DNA from: a virus | Taxonomy: Duplodnaviria; Caudoviricetes | Virus record (IMG/VR): IMGVR_UViG_3300033475_000026 | Coordinates: 1 to 58,656 of that record | DNA: 58,656 bases | Reading direction: 5' to 3' (one strand) | Shown here: positions 8,108 through 16,631 of the stretch, one piece after another | Position numbering within the stretch: position 1 is the stretch's first letter | Layout: every line of letters starts with the position of its first letter | The notes under the pieces: model-generated | Seen by the model: only the letters and a program-made list of their open reading frames with translations | Told to the model about the DNA's origin: nothing | Database searches by the model: none | Made by a program: the position numbers and the translations under genes

Positions 8108-8760
8108 TGGCTCTCTTCCGCGGTCAATCGTCGTCCGTGGCCGCAGCGTTAAGCCCGGGGGGCGGGGGACCTCCTCCAGCCGGCCTGCTGTTCGACGCCA
8201 ACTTCCAGACGGGGACGTATGAGGTGGCGGGATCACCGGCCACAGTAGCAGACATCCTTTCCGAGAACACGAACTGGGGCTCATGGAACCCCGCGACGGA
8301 TATTGATTCCAATGGAATTGTGTTCGACCCCGGAGTTGGCCCGGTGCTTGCGGCAGCCTTCTTCACCACTGCATCAACGGCTGGCATCACCCTAACCGGC
8401 GCCATCACCCTTGGCGCTCAGACCGATTCCGGCGTGCTATGGGAGATGAACGACGACCCCACCTACACCGCGGAAAATGCAGGGGAAATCCAAACGGATG
8501 CCCTAACCATAGTTGATTACGTCGGGTCTGACACCGCATCTGGTCCTGGGTCGGGAACTTTCAACTACGCCCTCAACATGGCCCCCGACCGGATCGCCAT
8601 GAGTGTCAACGGTAGCGGTGTGTTGGCGCGAGACGTTCCTGCTGTGACCTTCACCCTCTTGGGCCTCTACCCGGCGTCCGAAAGCGTGGCCTACCTAGTG
8701 TCCATAGCAGGCCGCGCCCTCGTCGCCGAATCCGAACTCCCGACGCTGAGCACGCCCTGA
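8107..8760 (+). CDS. Putative receptor-binding or lectin-like virion protein
   Basis: Short N-terminal peptide, GGGGPPP linker, then a beta-rich domain. Confidence 0.5.
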   Translation: MALFRGQSSSVAAALSPGGGGPPPAGLLFDANFQTGTYEVAGSPATVADILSENTNWGSWNPATDIDSNGIVFDPGVGPVLAAAFFTTASTAGITLTGAITLGAQTDSGVLWEMNDDPTYTAENAGEIQTDALTIVDYVGSDTASGPGSGTFNYALNMAPDRIAMSVNGSGVLARDVPAVTFTLLGLYPASESVAYLVSIAGRALVAESELPTLSTP

Positions 8761-8761
8761 C

Positions 8762-9046
8762 GTGCCTATCCCCGCCACCCATCTCATCCCCCACACCAAC
8801 ACGGACGGCTGGACTGATCTGGGTCCGGTGGATCTCGGTACGGCTGAGATCACGGGGAACCTTCCAACCGCGAACCTCAACAGCGGAACCGGAGCGAGCG
8901 ACACCACCTTCTGGCGCGGAGATGGGACCTGGGCGACACCCGCTGGGGGCGGAGTCTCCTATGTGCCCCTGTCGCTCGGCATCGAACCGCTGACCTTCGT
9001 CTCTGACGGGTTCGGACAACCCATCTTCATCTCGTACACTCCATGA
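8762..9046 (+). CDS. Short fibre adaptor protein
   Basis: SGTGASDTTFWRGDGTWATP fibre motif; C-terminus paralogous to that of 28352-29059. Confidence 0.65.
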   Translation: MPIPATHLIPHTNTDGWTDLGPVDLGTAEITGNLPTANLNSGTGASDTTFWRGDGTWATPAGGGVSYVPLSLGIEPLTFVSDGFGQPIFISYTP

Positions 9047-11211
9047 CCGACGCGACCCTGAACCGCTACCTGATTTACGGGACGGATGCCGATCGGCTAG
9101 CCTTTACCCCTGTTCCCGCCACAGGCGCACCAGGCGCCAACCTGCTGCCGATTTGGTGCGTGTCGGACGTGCTGGGGTTTCCGAAGTACTTCTGGGACAC
9201 GGGAACCTCCGCCTGGGTGCTGTGGGTCGAAGGTGGCGGGTCTTCCCGTCAGTTGTGGCAGTACAAGGCCAAGGTCTCCGCCACATCGGGATATCCCGGC
9301 GACGGGTTCATGCTGTGGAATAACGCCACTCAGACCTCCGCCACGGCGCTGCTGCTGTCCCACCTGACCGATGATGGCCTGGATATCGATCTGTTCCTCG
9401 CCTTCATCGCATCCGGTGACACCATCATCGTGCAGGATGCGGATACCTCGGCCAATTTCCAGACTTGGGCTGTCAGCGGCTCGCCTTCCAATACCAATCC
9501 GGGGACCTCGACAAGCTATTGGACGATCCCCACGATGCTCTCCACCTCGGGGGGTACGGGAACGACGGGATTTGCGGCCAATACACGGCTGATCGTCGCC
9601 GTCTTCGCGGCCTCGTCCGCCGGGACCGTCACGACCACGGGTTCGCCGGCTTCCGGAAATCTCACCAAGTTCTCTGGCGCCGCGTCGATCACCAACGGAG
9701 ACCTTTCCGGGGACGTGACGACCTCGGGTACGCTGGTGACCACTATCGCCAGCAATGCGGTGACGACGGCGAAGATCCTCAACGCCAATGTCACCCTCGC
9801 CAAGATCGCCAACGCCGCGGCGAATGACAAGCTGCTCGGCAGCGGCAACACGGGCTCCGGCGCGGCCTATGCCGAGATCACGCTCGGCTCTGGCCTCACT
9901 ATGACCGGGACCACGCTCTCGGCCTCAGGAGGGGCCGGGACGGTCACTCACACCGGAACTCTGACCGCCAACGCGTTGATCCTCGGCAACGGCTCGGCGG
10001 ACGTCACGGCCCTGGGCAGTCTGGGAACCACCACCACGGTCCTGCATGGCAACGCCGCCGGTGCGCCCACGTTCGGGGCCGTGAGCCTGACGGCGGATGT
10101 GAGCGGGACGCTGCCTGTCGCCAATGGAGGCACCGGAGCGACCACCTTTACCAACCACGGGGTGCTGATTGGGCAGGCGGGCTCGGCCCCAGTAGCGACG
10201 ACTGCGGGAACAGCTGGCCAGGTTCTGACCTCTAACGGAGCCTCCGCCGACCCAACCTTCCAAGCTGCGGCTGCGGCAACCATTGTCCAACCTCAAGGTC
10301 GCCTAACCCTCACCTCCAACACTCCTGTAATGACCGCCGATGCGACAGCGCAAGCCAGCGTCTACTACACCCCCTACACTGGAGGCTATTTCCCCACCTA
10401 CTCAGGCTCGGCATGGTCGATGTTGGCCTTTACTCAACTGACTATGAGCCTGGATACATCCAACCAGCTTTCGGCCAAGCTCTACGATCTCTATGTGTGG
10501 AGCAATTCGGGAACACCTGCGATCGGCGCTGGACCGGCCTGGACATCCTCGACCGCACGGGGAACGGGCGCCGGAACCACGGAGTTACAGCAGCTTAACG
10601 GCATCTGGACGAACAAGAACTCGATCACCTTGACCAATGGAGCCGGCGGGGGGACCTCCGGCATCGCCGCCAACACGGCTACCTATGTGGGGACAATCTA
10701 TTGCACCGCTAACGGACAAACCGGGATGGCCTTCAAACCTGCCGCGACAAATGGCGGGACAAACAATATTCTTGGGGTGTGGAACGCTTACAATCGAACG
10801 ACGATTCAGGCCCTTAATCGGGACGCCACGGCCAGTTGGACCTATTCCACCTTCACTTGGCGAGCGCAGAACAACAGCAATTCCAACCGGGTCAGTTGGG
10901 TGGATGGCCTCCAACAATCCAGCGTGACAGGGGTGCGCAACCAATATCTGACGCCCAACACGACCGCCGCTTTCTCTGCCGCCGGAATTGCTCTTGATAG
11001 CACGTCTGCCTCTCCCGGTGTGGCAGGACAAGCGGATACGGCCAATACTGTCGGCGGCGGAAACGCAGTTGCGACAGAGGCCTTCCTCCCTCAGATCGGA
11101 TTTCACTTTATCCAGGCGCTTGAACTTGGCGGCGGAGCTGGAACGACTACGTGGTACGGCGGCAACGGATCGCGCCAACTCAACGGCCTCACCGTCAGCT
11201 TGGAAATGTAA
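9043..11211 (+). CDS. Tail/head fibre protein
   Basis: GTLPVANGGTGAT, GQVLTSNG and SGDVTT fibre repeats; PQGRLTL domain; N-terminus paralogous to 29056. Confidence 0.8.
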   Translation: MTDATLNRYLIYGTDADRLAFTPVPATGAPGANLLPIWCVSDVLGFPKYFWDTGTSAWVLWVEGGGSSRQLWQYKAKVSATSGYPGDGFMLWNNATQTSATALLLSHLTDDGLDIDLFLAFIASGDTIIVQDADTSANFQTWAVSGSPSNTNPGTSTSYWTIPTMLSTSGGTGTTGFAANTRLIVAVFAASSAGTVTTTGSPASGNLTKFSGAASITNGDLSGDVTTSGTLVTTIASNAVTTAKILNANVTLAKIANAAANDKLLGSGNTGSGAAYAEITLGSGLTMTGTTLSASGGAGTVTHTGTLTANALILGNGSADVTALGSLGTTTTVLHGNAAGAPTFGAVSLTADVSGTLPVANGGTGATTFTNHGVLIGQAGSAPVATTAGTAGQVLTSNGASADPTFQAAAAATIVQPQGRLTLTSNTPVMTADATAQASVYYTPYTGGYFPTYSGSAWSMLAFTQLTMSLDTSNQLSAKLYDLYVWSNSGTPAIGAGPAWTSSTARGTGAGTTELQQLNGIWTNKNSITLTNGAGGGTSGIAANTATYVGTIYCTANGQTGMAFKPAATNGGTNNILGVWNAYNRTTIQALNRDATASWTYSTFTWRAQNNSNSNRVSWVDGLQQSSVTGVRNQYLTPNTTAAFSAAGIALDSTSASPGVAGQADTANTVGGGNAVATEAFLPQIGFHFIQALELGGGAGTTTWYGGNGSRQLNGLTVSLEM

Positions 11212-11283
11212 GCGCCCGCCGGGTGCCTCCCTCTACGGCCACTACTAGGAGCCTCCCATGTCCGGCGCCTGGGGCTTGGATCA

Positions 11284-11345
11284 AATCCCCATCGGCACGG
11301 TAGGAATAAGGTTGCCAACTCGTCCACTTCCGGTACTATGATACC
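11284..11345 (+). promoter_or_regulatory. Operator AATCCCCAT-N7-GTAGGAATA plus promoter TTGCCA-16-TACTAT with a GGTACTATGATACC box
   Basis: Both motifs recur elsewhere in the late region. Confidence 0.6.
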
Positions 11346-11413
11346 CACATCGGAGCCAATCCTAACCGCGAGGCGCGGTCCATGGGCGGCCCTGGCCTGT
11401 GGAGATTGTGACG

Positions 11414-11950
11414 ATGGCCCTCAACCTGCGCCAGACTGGCTACCGCCTCCCCCTTGGGGAATGGTTCAACGACATCATCAACGTCGTGAACGGCCTCACT
11501 GGCGGCACCGGAGCGGCCTCCAGCTCCACGCTGGCGGTGTCTGGCGCGTCCACCCTCAACGCGACCACGGTAACCACGCTCGGCGCATCTGGCGCTTCGA
11601 CGCTCGCCGCGACCTCCGTGACGGATTTCACCCAGAACGGCCTCGTCGTCACCACCCCACAGATCCTGGCCGCCGCCGGCGCCACCCAGGGCAATGCGGG
11701 CGTGATCACCAAGTCCACGGTGATCGTGACCGTTACGGCTTCGACCCAAGGCGTGAAGCTCCCGACCGCTGCGACGGGCAAGCGCTTCCAGGTCTTCTGT
11801 CCCGGCACGGTCGGGGTGAAGGTCTACCCCAACACCAATGACAAGCTCAGCACCGCCGCCACCAACGCCGCGGTCCTGCTGGTCGCCGACAAGGCCAACA
11901 CCTACGTCGCCAAGGACGCCACGACCTGGGTCGTGCAGAAGGGCGCCTAA
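11414..11950 (+). CDS. Putative head decoration/fibre protein (paralog of 12745)
   Basis: Thr/Ala-rich; AGATQGNA...GVKLP...VYP...W shared with 12745-13230. Confidence 0.65.
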   Translation: MALNLRQTGYRLPLGEWFNDIINVVNGLTGGTGAASSSTLAVSGASTLNATTVTTLGASGASTLAATSVTDFTQNGLVVTTPQILAAAGATQGNAGVITKSTVIVTVTASTQGVKLPTAATGKRFQVFCPGTVGVKVYPNTNDKLSTAATNAAVLLVADKANTYVAKDATTWVVQKGA

Positions 11951-11954
11951 GCCG

Positions 11955-12701
11955 ATGGCCTTCGGGGAAATCCAGTTCGATGTTCGGACGCCCGTGGCAG
12001 ACGAGGGGCTGAAGCTCAACGTCGCCAAGGCGCTCGCGCGCGGACTACCCGAAATCCCCGATCTGATGCGACGCCCCGGCGAGCTGATTACCATCGTCGC
12101 CAATGGCCCTACGGCGCGCCAATGCACCCTGAGCGGCCCCTCGCTGGCCCTCAACGGCGCCCTGAAGCTGTTTGGCGAGCGCGGCGCCGTACCGACCTTC
12201 TGGGCGGCCTGCGACCCTCAGGAGATCGTCGCGGACTTCCTCGACTACATCCCCGAGGACACCACCTATCTCGTCGCCTCCAAATGCCATCCGAAGGTGT
12301 TCGATCGCCTGAAGGACCGCAACGTCATCGTCTGGCATGTGGACGACTTCGCGACCTGGGACCAGGTGAGTGATCGCAAGCCAATCTCGACGGGTGTGAG
12401 CATCACCATTGTCGCGTTCGAGCTGATGAGCCGCTTCGGCTACGACCGCTATGAGACCTGGGGCTGGGACGGCTGCTATTCGGAAGGTCGATCGCACGCC
12501 GTTCCGCAAGCCCATGGCGGCTCGGACGTCACCGTCGAGGTGGGCCGCCAGGTCTTCGCGACCACGACCACCTGGGCGCTTGAGGCCCAGGACGCCCGTG
12601 ACAAGCTCCTCCAGACCCATCGAGACGTGAAGATCCGAGGCGGCGGCTTTATCGGCGCTTACCTCCAACACCAGTTCGCCGAACGACAGGCGTTCGTATG
12701 A
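11955..12701 (+). CDS. DUF115/MptE/Maf-like (sialyltransferase-fold) enzyme
   Basis: IVANGPT, ALNGA, ACDPQ, YLVASKCHP, GWDGCY motifs. Confidence 0.65.
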   Translation: MAFGEIQFDVRTPVADEGLKLNVAKALARGLPEIPDLMRRPGELITIVANGPTARQCTLSGPSLALNGALKLFGERGAVPTFWAACDPQEIVADFLDYIPEDTTYLVASKCHPKVFDRLKDRNVIVWHVDDFATWDQVSDRKPISTGVSITIVAFELMSRFGYDRYETWGWDGCYSEGRSHAVPQAHGGSDVTVEVGRQVFATTTTWALEAQDARDKLLQTHRDVKIRGGGFIGAYLQHQFAERQAFV

Positions 12702-12744
12702 GCATTTTCAACCCCGGCAAGCCGGCTAACTAGGAGATACCAAC

Positions 12745-13230
12745 ATGGCCACCGCTTCCGGAGGCTACCTGACCAACGGCCTGACCCTGGCGACCATCGC
12801 CACGGTCGATGCCAACTCGGTCGTGAACTGCGATACCCAGGACCCCAACGGCTCTGCCCCGCAATCGCTGGCCGTCCCGCTCTGGCTGCTCAGCCAGTTC
12901 CAGAACGTCAACCTGGGCGTCACGGCCCAGGCCGGTGGCGGCCAGACCTCGGCCACGCTGCTGGAGTACGGCTACAACACCGTGACCGTCGTCGCTACCA
13001 ACGCCGACAGCGTGAAACTGCCGCCGTCCTATGCCGGCGCCATGGTGATCATCGCCAACGACGACGCGGCCCAATCGACCACGGTCTATGGTTCGGGCAT
13101 CGACACGGTGAACAACGTGGCCACCGCCACTGGCGTTTCCCTCGCGGCCGGCAAGACCTGCATCTACATCGCCAGCGCGACCGGCACCTCGTCCGCCGCC
13201 GCCAACTGGTCCACCATCCTGACCGCGTAA
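12745..13230 (+). CDS. Putative head decoration/fibre protein (paralog of 11414)
   Basis: Strong RBS AGGAGA; AGGGQTSATLL...DSVKLP...VYGSG. Confidence 0.7.
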   Translation: MATASGGYLTNGLTLATIATVDANSVVNCDTQDPNGSAPQSLAVPLWLLSQFQNVNLGVTAQAGGGQTSATLLEYGYNTVTVVATNADSVKLPPSYAGAMVIIANDDAAQSTTVYGSGIDTVNNVATATGVSLAAGKTCIYIASATGTSSAAANWSTILTA

Positions 13231-13259
13231 TCTGGTCCGGCAGTACCGCGTAGAGTAAG

Positions 13260-13290
13260 CGGGGCGTCCTTCCACCCTCGGGACGCCCCG
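13260..13290 (+). terminator. GC-rich hairpin, possible terminator
   Basis: CGGGGCGTCC/GGACGCCCCG stem; lacks a U-tract. Confidence 0.4.
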
Positions 13291-13303
13291 TCCCCCTTGG
13301 CGG

Positions 13304-13323
13304 ACTCACGGTACTATGTTACC
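13304..13323 (+). promoter_or_regulatory. GGTACTATGTTACC box (copy of the late -10 palindrome)
   Basis: ACTCACGGTACTAT matches the 11326 and 22656 copies. Confidence 0.55.
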
Positions 13324-13332
13324 GTTCGAGAC

Positions 13333-13446
13333 ATGGCCAAGAAGCCCAAGCCTTTGCCTTCATACAAGTTCGCCGGCAGCTCGCCTACGAACATCCCGAA
13401 GGACGAGAAGAGGAAGCCCGGCGTCTGCGGACAGCGGAAGAAGTGA
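13333..13446 (+). CDS. Tiny basic protein (37 aa)
   Basis: MAKKPKPLPSYKF...RKK*; coupled to the next gene. Confidence 0.55.
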   Translation: MAKKPKPLPSYKFAGSSPTNIPKDEKRKPGVCGQRKK

Positions 13447-13655
13447 TGGCCAAGCTCACCGCAAAGACGCGCAACGCGCTTCCCACCTCGAAGTTCGCGC
13501 TGCCTAAGGAGCGCAAGTTCCCCATCGAAAACGCGTCGCATGCGGCCAACGCCAAAGCCCGCGCCAATCAGATGGTCAACGCCGGAAAGCTCTCGCCCTC
13601 CGCCAAGGCCACCATCGACCGGAAAGCCAATTCGATCCTGAAGGGCAAGCGATGA
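13446..13655 (+). CDS. Small basic virion-associated protein (DUF6582-like)
   Basis: LTAKTRNALPTSKFALPKERKFPI.NASHA.NA.AR. Confidence 0.75.
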   Translation: MAKLTAKTRNALPTSKFALPKERKFPIENASHAANAKARANQMVNAGKLSPSAKATIDRKANSILKGKR

Positions 13656-13816
13656 AAAAGCCGATGACCAAACGCTGGGAAGGCTCAGCCGCCGACAAGC
13701 GCATGGACAAGGCCGGAGCCAAGAAGGCTGGCGTTTCCATGAAGGCCTGGGAAGGCTCCAAGGCCGACGAGAAGATGGACCGCAAGGCCATGGCCGCGAA
13801 AGGCAAACGCAAATGA
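13652..13816 (+). CDS. Tiny basic protein with an internal WEGSxADxxMD repeat
   Basis: Translated by hand; ATGA overlaps at both ends. Confidence 0.65.
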   Translation: MKKPMTKRWEGSAADKRMDKAGAKKAGVSMKAWEGSKADEKMDRKAMAAKGKRK

Positions 13817-13929
13817 AGCCCACCAACAAGCCCCAGCCGATCCCGGTCACCCACTTCAAGACCTCCCCGGCCGGAAAGCCCAACGCCCCGCAACAGACCT
13901 ACGGCGGCAAGCCGCTGAAGAGTTCGTGA
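13813..13929 (+). CDS. Tiny basic Pro/Lys-rich protein
   Basis: MKPTNKPQPIPVTHFK...; ATGA/GTGA coupling. Confidence 0.55.
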   Translation: MKPTNKPQPIPVTHFKTSPAGKPNAPQQTYGGKPLKSS

Positions 13930-14207
13930 TGGAACCGGAGCGCTCGGCTCATCCGCTGCTCCTGCTGGGCGAAGAGCGTCGCACGCTCTGCTCCGCCAGG
14001 CTTAAGGCGCGTGAGGAAATCGAGCGCCAGGCTAAGCAGATCGCGAAGCTCGACGTGCAGATCGCCAGCCTTGAAGAGACCATTGAGGTTCTGGAGGCGC
14101 AAGCATCTTCCATGCGCAGGCTGAAGGTCGAGCACTACGATCCCGAAACCGACGCGTTCATCGACGTCACGCACGCCCCCTCGAAAAGCCAATGGCTGAG
14201 CGCATAA
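13926..14207 (+). CDS. Coiled-coil hypothetical protein
   Basis: Heptad pattern IAKLDVQIASLEETIEVLE. Confidence 0.65.
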   Translation: MMEPERSAHPLLLLGEERRTLCSARLKAREEIERQAKQIAKLDVQIASLEETIEVLEAQASSMRRLKVEHYDPETDAFIDVTHAPSKSQWLSA

Positions 14208-14209
14208 CC

Positions 14210-14329
14210 ATGGCCACCAAGATCATCTGCGAGTCCTGCAACTGGACAGCCCAAACTCGCCACGACCAGATCCAACCCCGCCATCGCTGCCCCAAGTGCG
14301 GAAGCGAGAAGCTGAAGACGGTGAAGTGA
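14210..14329 (+). CDS. Small zinc-ribbon protein
   Basis: CESC...CPKCGS. Confidence 0.6.
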   Translation: MATKIICESCNWTAQTRHDQIQPRHRCPKCGSEKLKTVK

Positions 14330-14336
14330 GCGCGCC

Positions 14337-14555
14337 GTGGCCTGGTCTCAAGTCGACGCCCAAGCGCGCTACCTGAAGGGTGGCCTCGCCGCTGTCTACC
14401 CGGATGTCTATGGCGTTCGCGGTCTGAGAGAGAAAATCCCCGACCCGATGCCGATCGACCGCTTCCAGCCAAGCCGCAAGACGCTTGAGGCTCAACTCGC
14501 GAACGGCGTGATCGACCAAGTGACGTTTGATCGGCACATCGACAGGGCCGTCTAA
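14337..14555 (+). CDS. Hypothetical protein
   Basis: TAATG coupling to terS. Confidence 0.55.
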   Translation: MAWSQVDAQARYLKGGLAAVYPDVYGVRGLREKIPDPMPIDRFQPSRKTLEAQLANGVIDQVTFDRHIDRAV

Positions 14556-15031
14556 TGGGTCGGCCTTCCTCTTACACATCAGAGATAGCCGAAGACATCT
14601 GCTCGCGATTGAGCACGGGTGAACCGCTCGCGCAAATCTGCCGTGACGATGCGATGCCAGCTTATCGAACGGTCTACGATTGGATGGCTGCTCACGACGA
14701 CTTTTCCGCCAACATCGCACGCGCGCGCGAGGCGGGATTCGATCAGATCGCCATGGACTGCTTGGACATCGCCGACGACAAGTCCGGTGACGTTCGGTTC
14801 GTCGGAGAAGACGAGCGCGAGGTCTGCAACACCGAATTTGTCCAGCGGGCCAAGCTGCGCATTGAGACGCGACTGAAGCTCCTGGCGAAGTGGGACCCCA
14901 AGCGCTACGGCGACAAAATGGCGCTCGTGGGTGGCGATCCGGCGCAGGGCGATCAGCCTATCGACGTCGCCTATTCCAATCGCGACCGCGCCAAGGCGAT
15001 GGCCGCGCTTGTCGCGAAGCAGCGTGGCTGA
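14555..15031 (+). CDS. terS: Terminase small subunit (Sf6 gp1-like)
   Basis: GRPSSYT.EIA..IC..L..G..L..IC...MP...TV..W; RAKLRIETRLKLLAKWDPKRYGDK. Confidence 0.9.
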   Translation: MGRPSSYTSEIAEDICSRLSTGEPLAQICRDDAMPAYRTVYDWMAAHDDFSANIARAREAGFDQIAMDCLDIADDKSGDVRFVGEDEREVCNTEFVQRAKLRIETRLKLLAKWDPKRYGDKMALVGGDPAQGDQPIDVAYSNRDRAKAMAALVAKQRG

Positions 15032-16571
15032 CGTCCTCGCCGAGTTCGAGGCGATGATCGCTCGGATGGAACCGGGCGAACTCGCCGAGCTGGACAAGCT
15101 GCTGGCGCCGGAACTGAACGCCAAGTGGCTCCCCAACCCGGGTCCGCAGACCGAAGCCTATCTCTCCGAGGCCGACCTGCTGCTCTATGGCGGGGCAGCG
15201 GGGGGCGGCAAGACGGACCTACTGCTAGGCCTCACCCAGACCACGCAAACGCGCTCGGTGATCTTCCGGCGCGCCTATGTCGACCTGCGCGGCCTGACCG
15301 AGCGCTTGCTGGAGATGGTCGGGTCACGAGATGGGTGGAACGGCCAGGACAAGATTCTCAAGCGCGACGGCAAGACGCTGGAGTTTGGCGCGCTCGAAAA
15401 GCCCGGCGCGGAACTCTCATGGCAGGGCCGGGACCACGATTTCATAGGCTTTGACGAGGGCGCGCAACTCTCGGCCGCCAAGGTCGCGTTCGTCATGGGC
15501 TGGCTCAGGTCCGCCAAGCCCGACCAGCGCTGCCGCGTGGTGATCGCATCGAACCCGCCGATCGGGGGCGATGGCGAGTGGTTGCTGGAATGGTTCGCGC
15601 CATGGCTCGACCCTCTCTATCCGAACCCCGCGAAGGACGGTGAACTGCGCTGGGCGATCCTCCGGGGCGTCGAGACGCTTTGGGTCGACGGGCCTGGCGT
15701 CACGATGATCGACGGCGAAGAATACGCCCACGAAAGCCGCACCTTCATCCCCGCGCTCTTGGATGACAATCCCTACCTGAAGGACAGCGGCTATCGCTCG
15801 CGCCTCCAGAACATGCCGGAACCGCTTCGTTCCCAGCTCCTCAAAGGGGACTTCCTCGCGGGTCGGGAAGACCACGAGTGGCAGGTCATTCCAAGCGAGT
15901 GGATCAAGCTGGCGCAGGAGCGCTGGGCGAACGCGCCCCCCAAGCGACGCAGGATGCTCGCCCTGGCCGGCGACGTGGCGCTTGGGGGGCTGGATTACAC
16001 CTCGCTCGCCTCGGTGCATGAGGATTGCTGGTTTGGGCCTATGGTCAGGAAACCGGGCGTCGAGTGCCGCAGCCCCGCCGATGTAGCGCTGCTGATGCTC
16101 CAGACCCAGAAGGACGGGGCTGATCTCTCGGTGGATGGAACGGGAGGCTGGGGATCAGGTGTCAAGTCGCACCTGAAGACCGCTCACGACCTGGAATGCG
16201 CGTCAGTCGTGTTCTCCGCCGGCTCGGCCATGCGGACCAAGGACGGCAAGCTGGGCTATCTCAATCTGCGCGCCCAGATGTACTGGCAGTTCCGCGAGGC
16301 CCTCGACCCTGAAGACGGCGACGAGATCATGCTGCCGCCGGACCAGAAGATGGCCGCCCAGCTCGCTGCGGCCCGCTACACGGTCAAGGGCGACAGGATC
16401 AAGCTTGAGGACAAGGAAGAGATCAAGGACCGAATTGGATCGTCTCCGGATGATGCCGACGCCGTGGTGATCGCATGGCTGCGCAGGAAGGCGGCGCTCA
16501 AGCGCGACAGGCCGAAACCCTTCATCCAGAAGCCCAAGGTCGCGGGCGCCACAGCCTGGATGGGCAACTAG
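15024..16571 (+). CDS. terL: Terminase large subunit
   Basis: PNPGPQ, YGGAAGGGKT Walker A, FIGFDE Walker B, ASNP, nuclease GDVA, SSPDDADA. Confidence 0.95.
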   Translation: MADVLAEFEAMIARMEPGELAELDKLLAPELNAKWLPNPGPQTEAYLSEADLLLYGGAAGGGKTDLLLGLTQTTQTRSVIFRRAYVDLRGLTERLLEMVGSRDGWNGQDKILKRDGKTLEFGALEKPGAELSWQGRDHDFIGFDEGAQLSAAKVAFVMGWLRSAKPDQRCRVVIASNPPIGGDGEWLLEWFAPWLDPLYPNPAKDGELRWAILRGVETLWVDGPGVTMIDGEEYAHESRTFIPALLDDNPYLKDSGYRSRLQNMPEPLRSQLLKGDFLAGREDHEWQVIPSEWIKLAQERWANAPPKRRRMLALAGDVALGGLDYTSLASVHEDCWFGPMVRKPGVECRSPADVALLMLQTQKDGADLSVDGTGGWGSGVKSHLKTAHDLECASVVFSAGSAMRTKDGKLGYLNLRAQMYWQFREALDPEDGDEIMLPPDQKMAAQLAAARYTVKGDRIKLEDKEEIKDRIGSSPDDADAVVIAWLRRKAALKRDRPKPFIQKPKVAGATAWMGN

Positions 16572-16603
16572 TCCCAAGAGTGGACGAATCCCGCCGATAA
16601 GCT

Positions 16604-16628
16604 ATACTCTAGCGGTTCGGTAGGGATT
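16604..16628 (+). promoter_or_regulatory. Operator copy ATACTCTAG-N7-GTAGGGATT before the portal
   Basis: Same right half-site and spacing as 7545-7569. Confidence 0.55.
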
Positions 16629-16631
16629 AAG

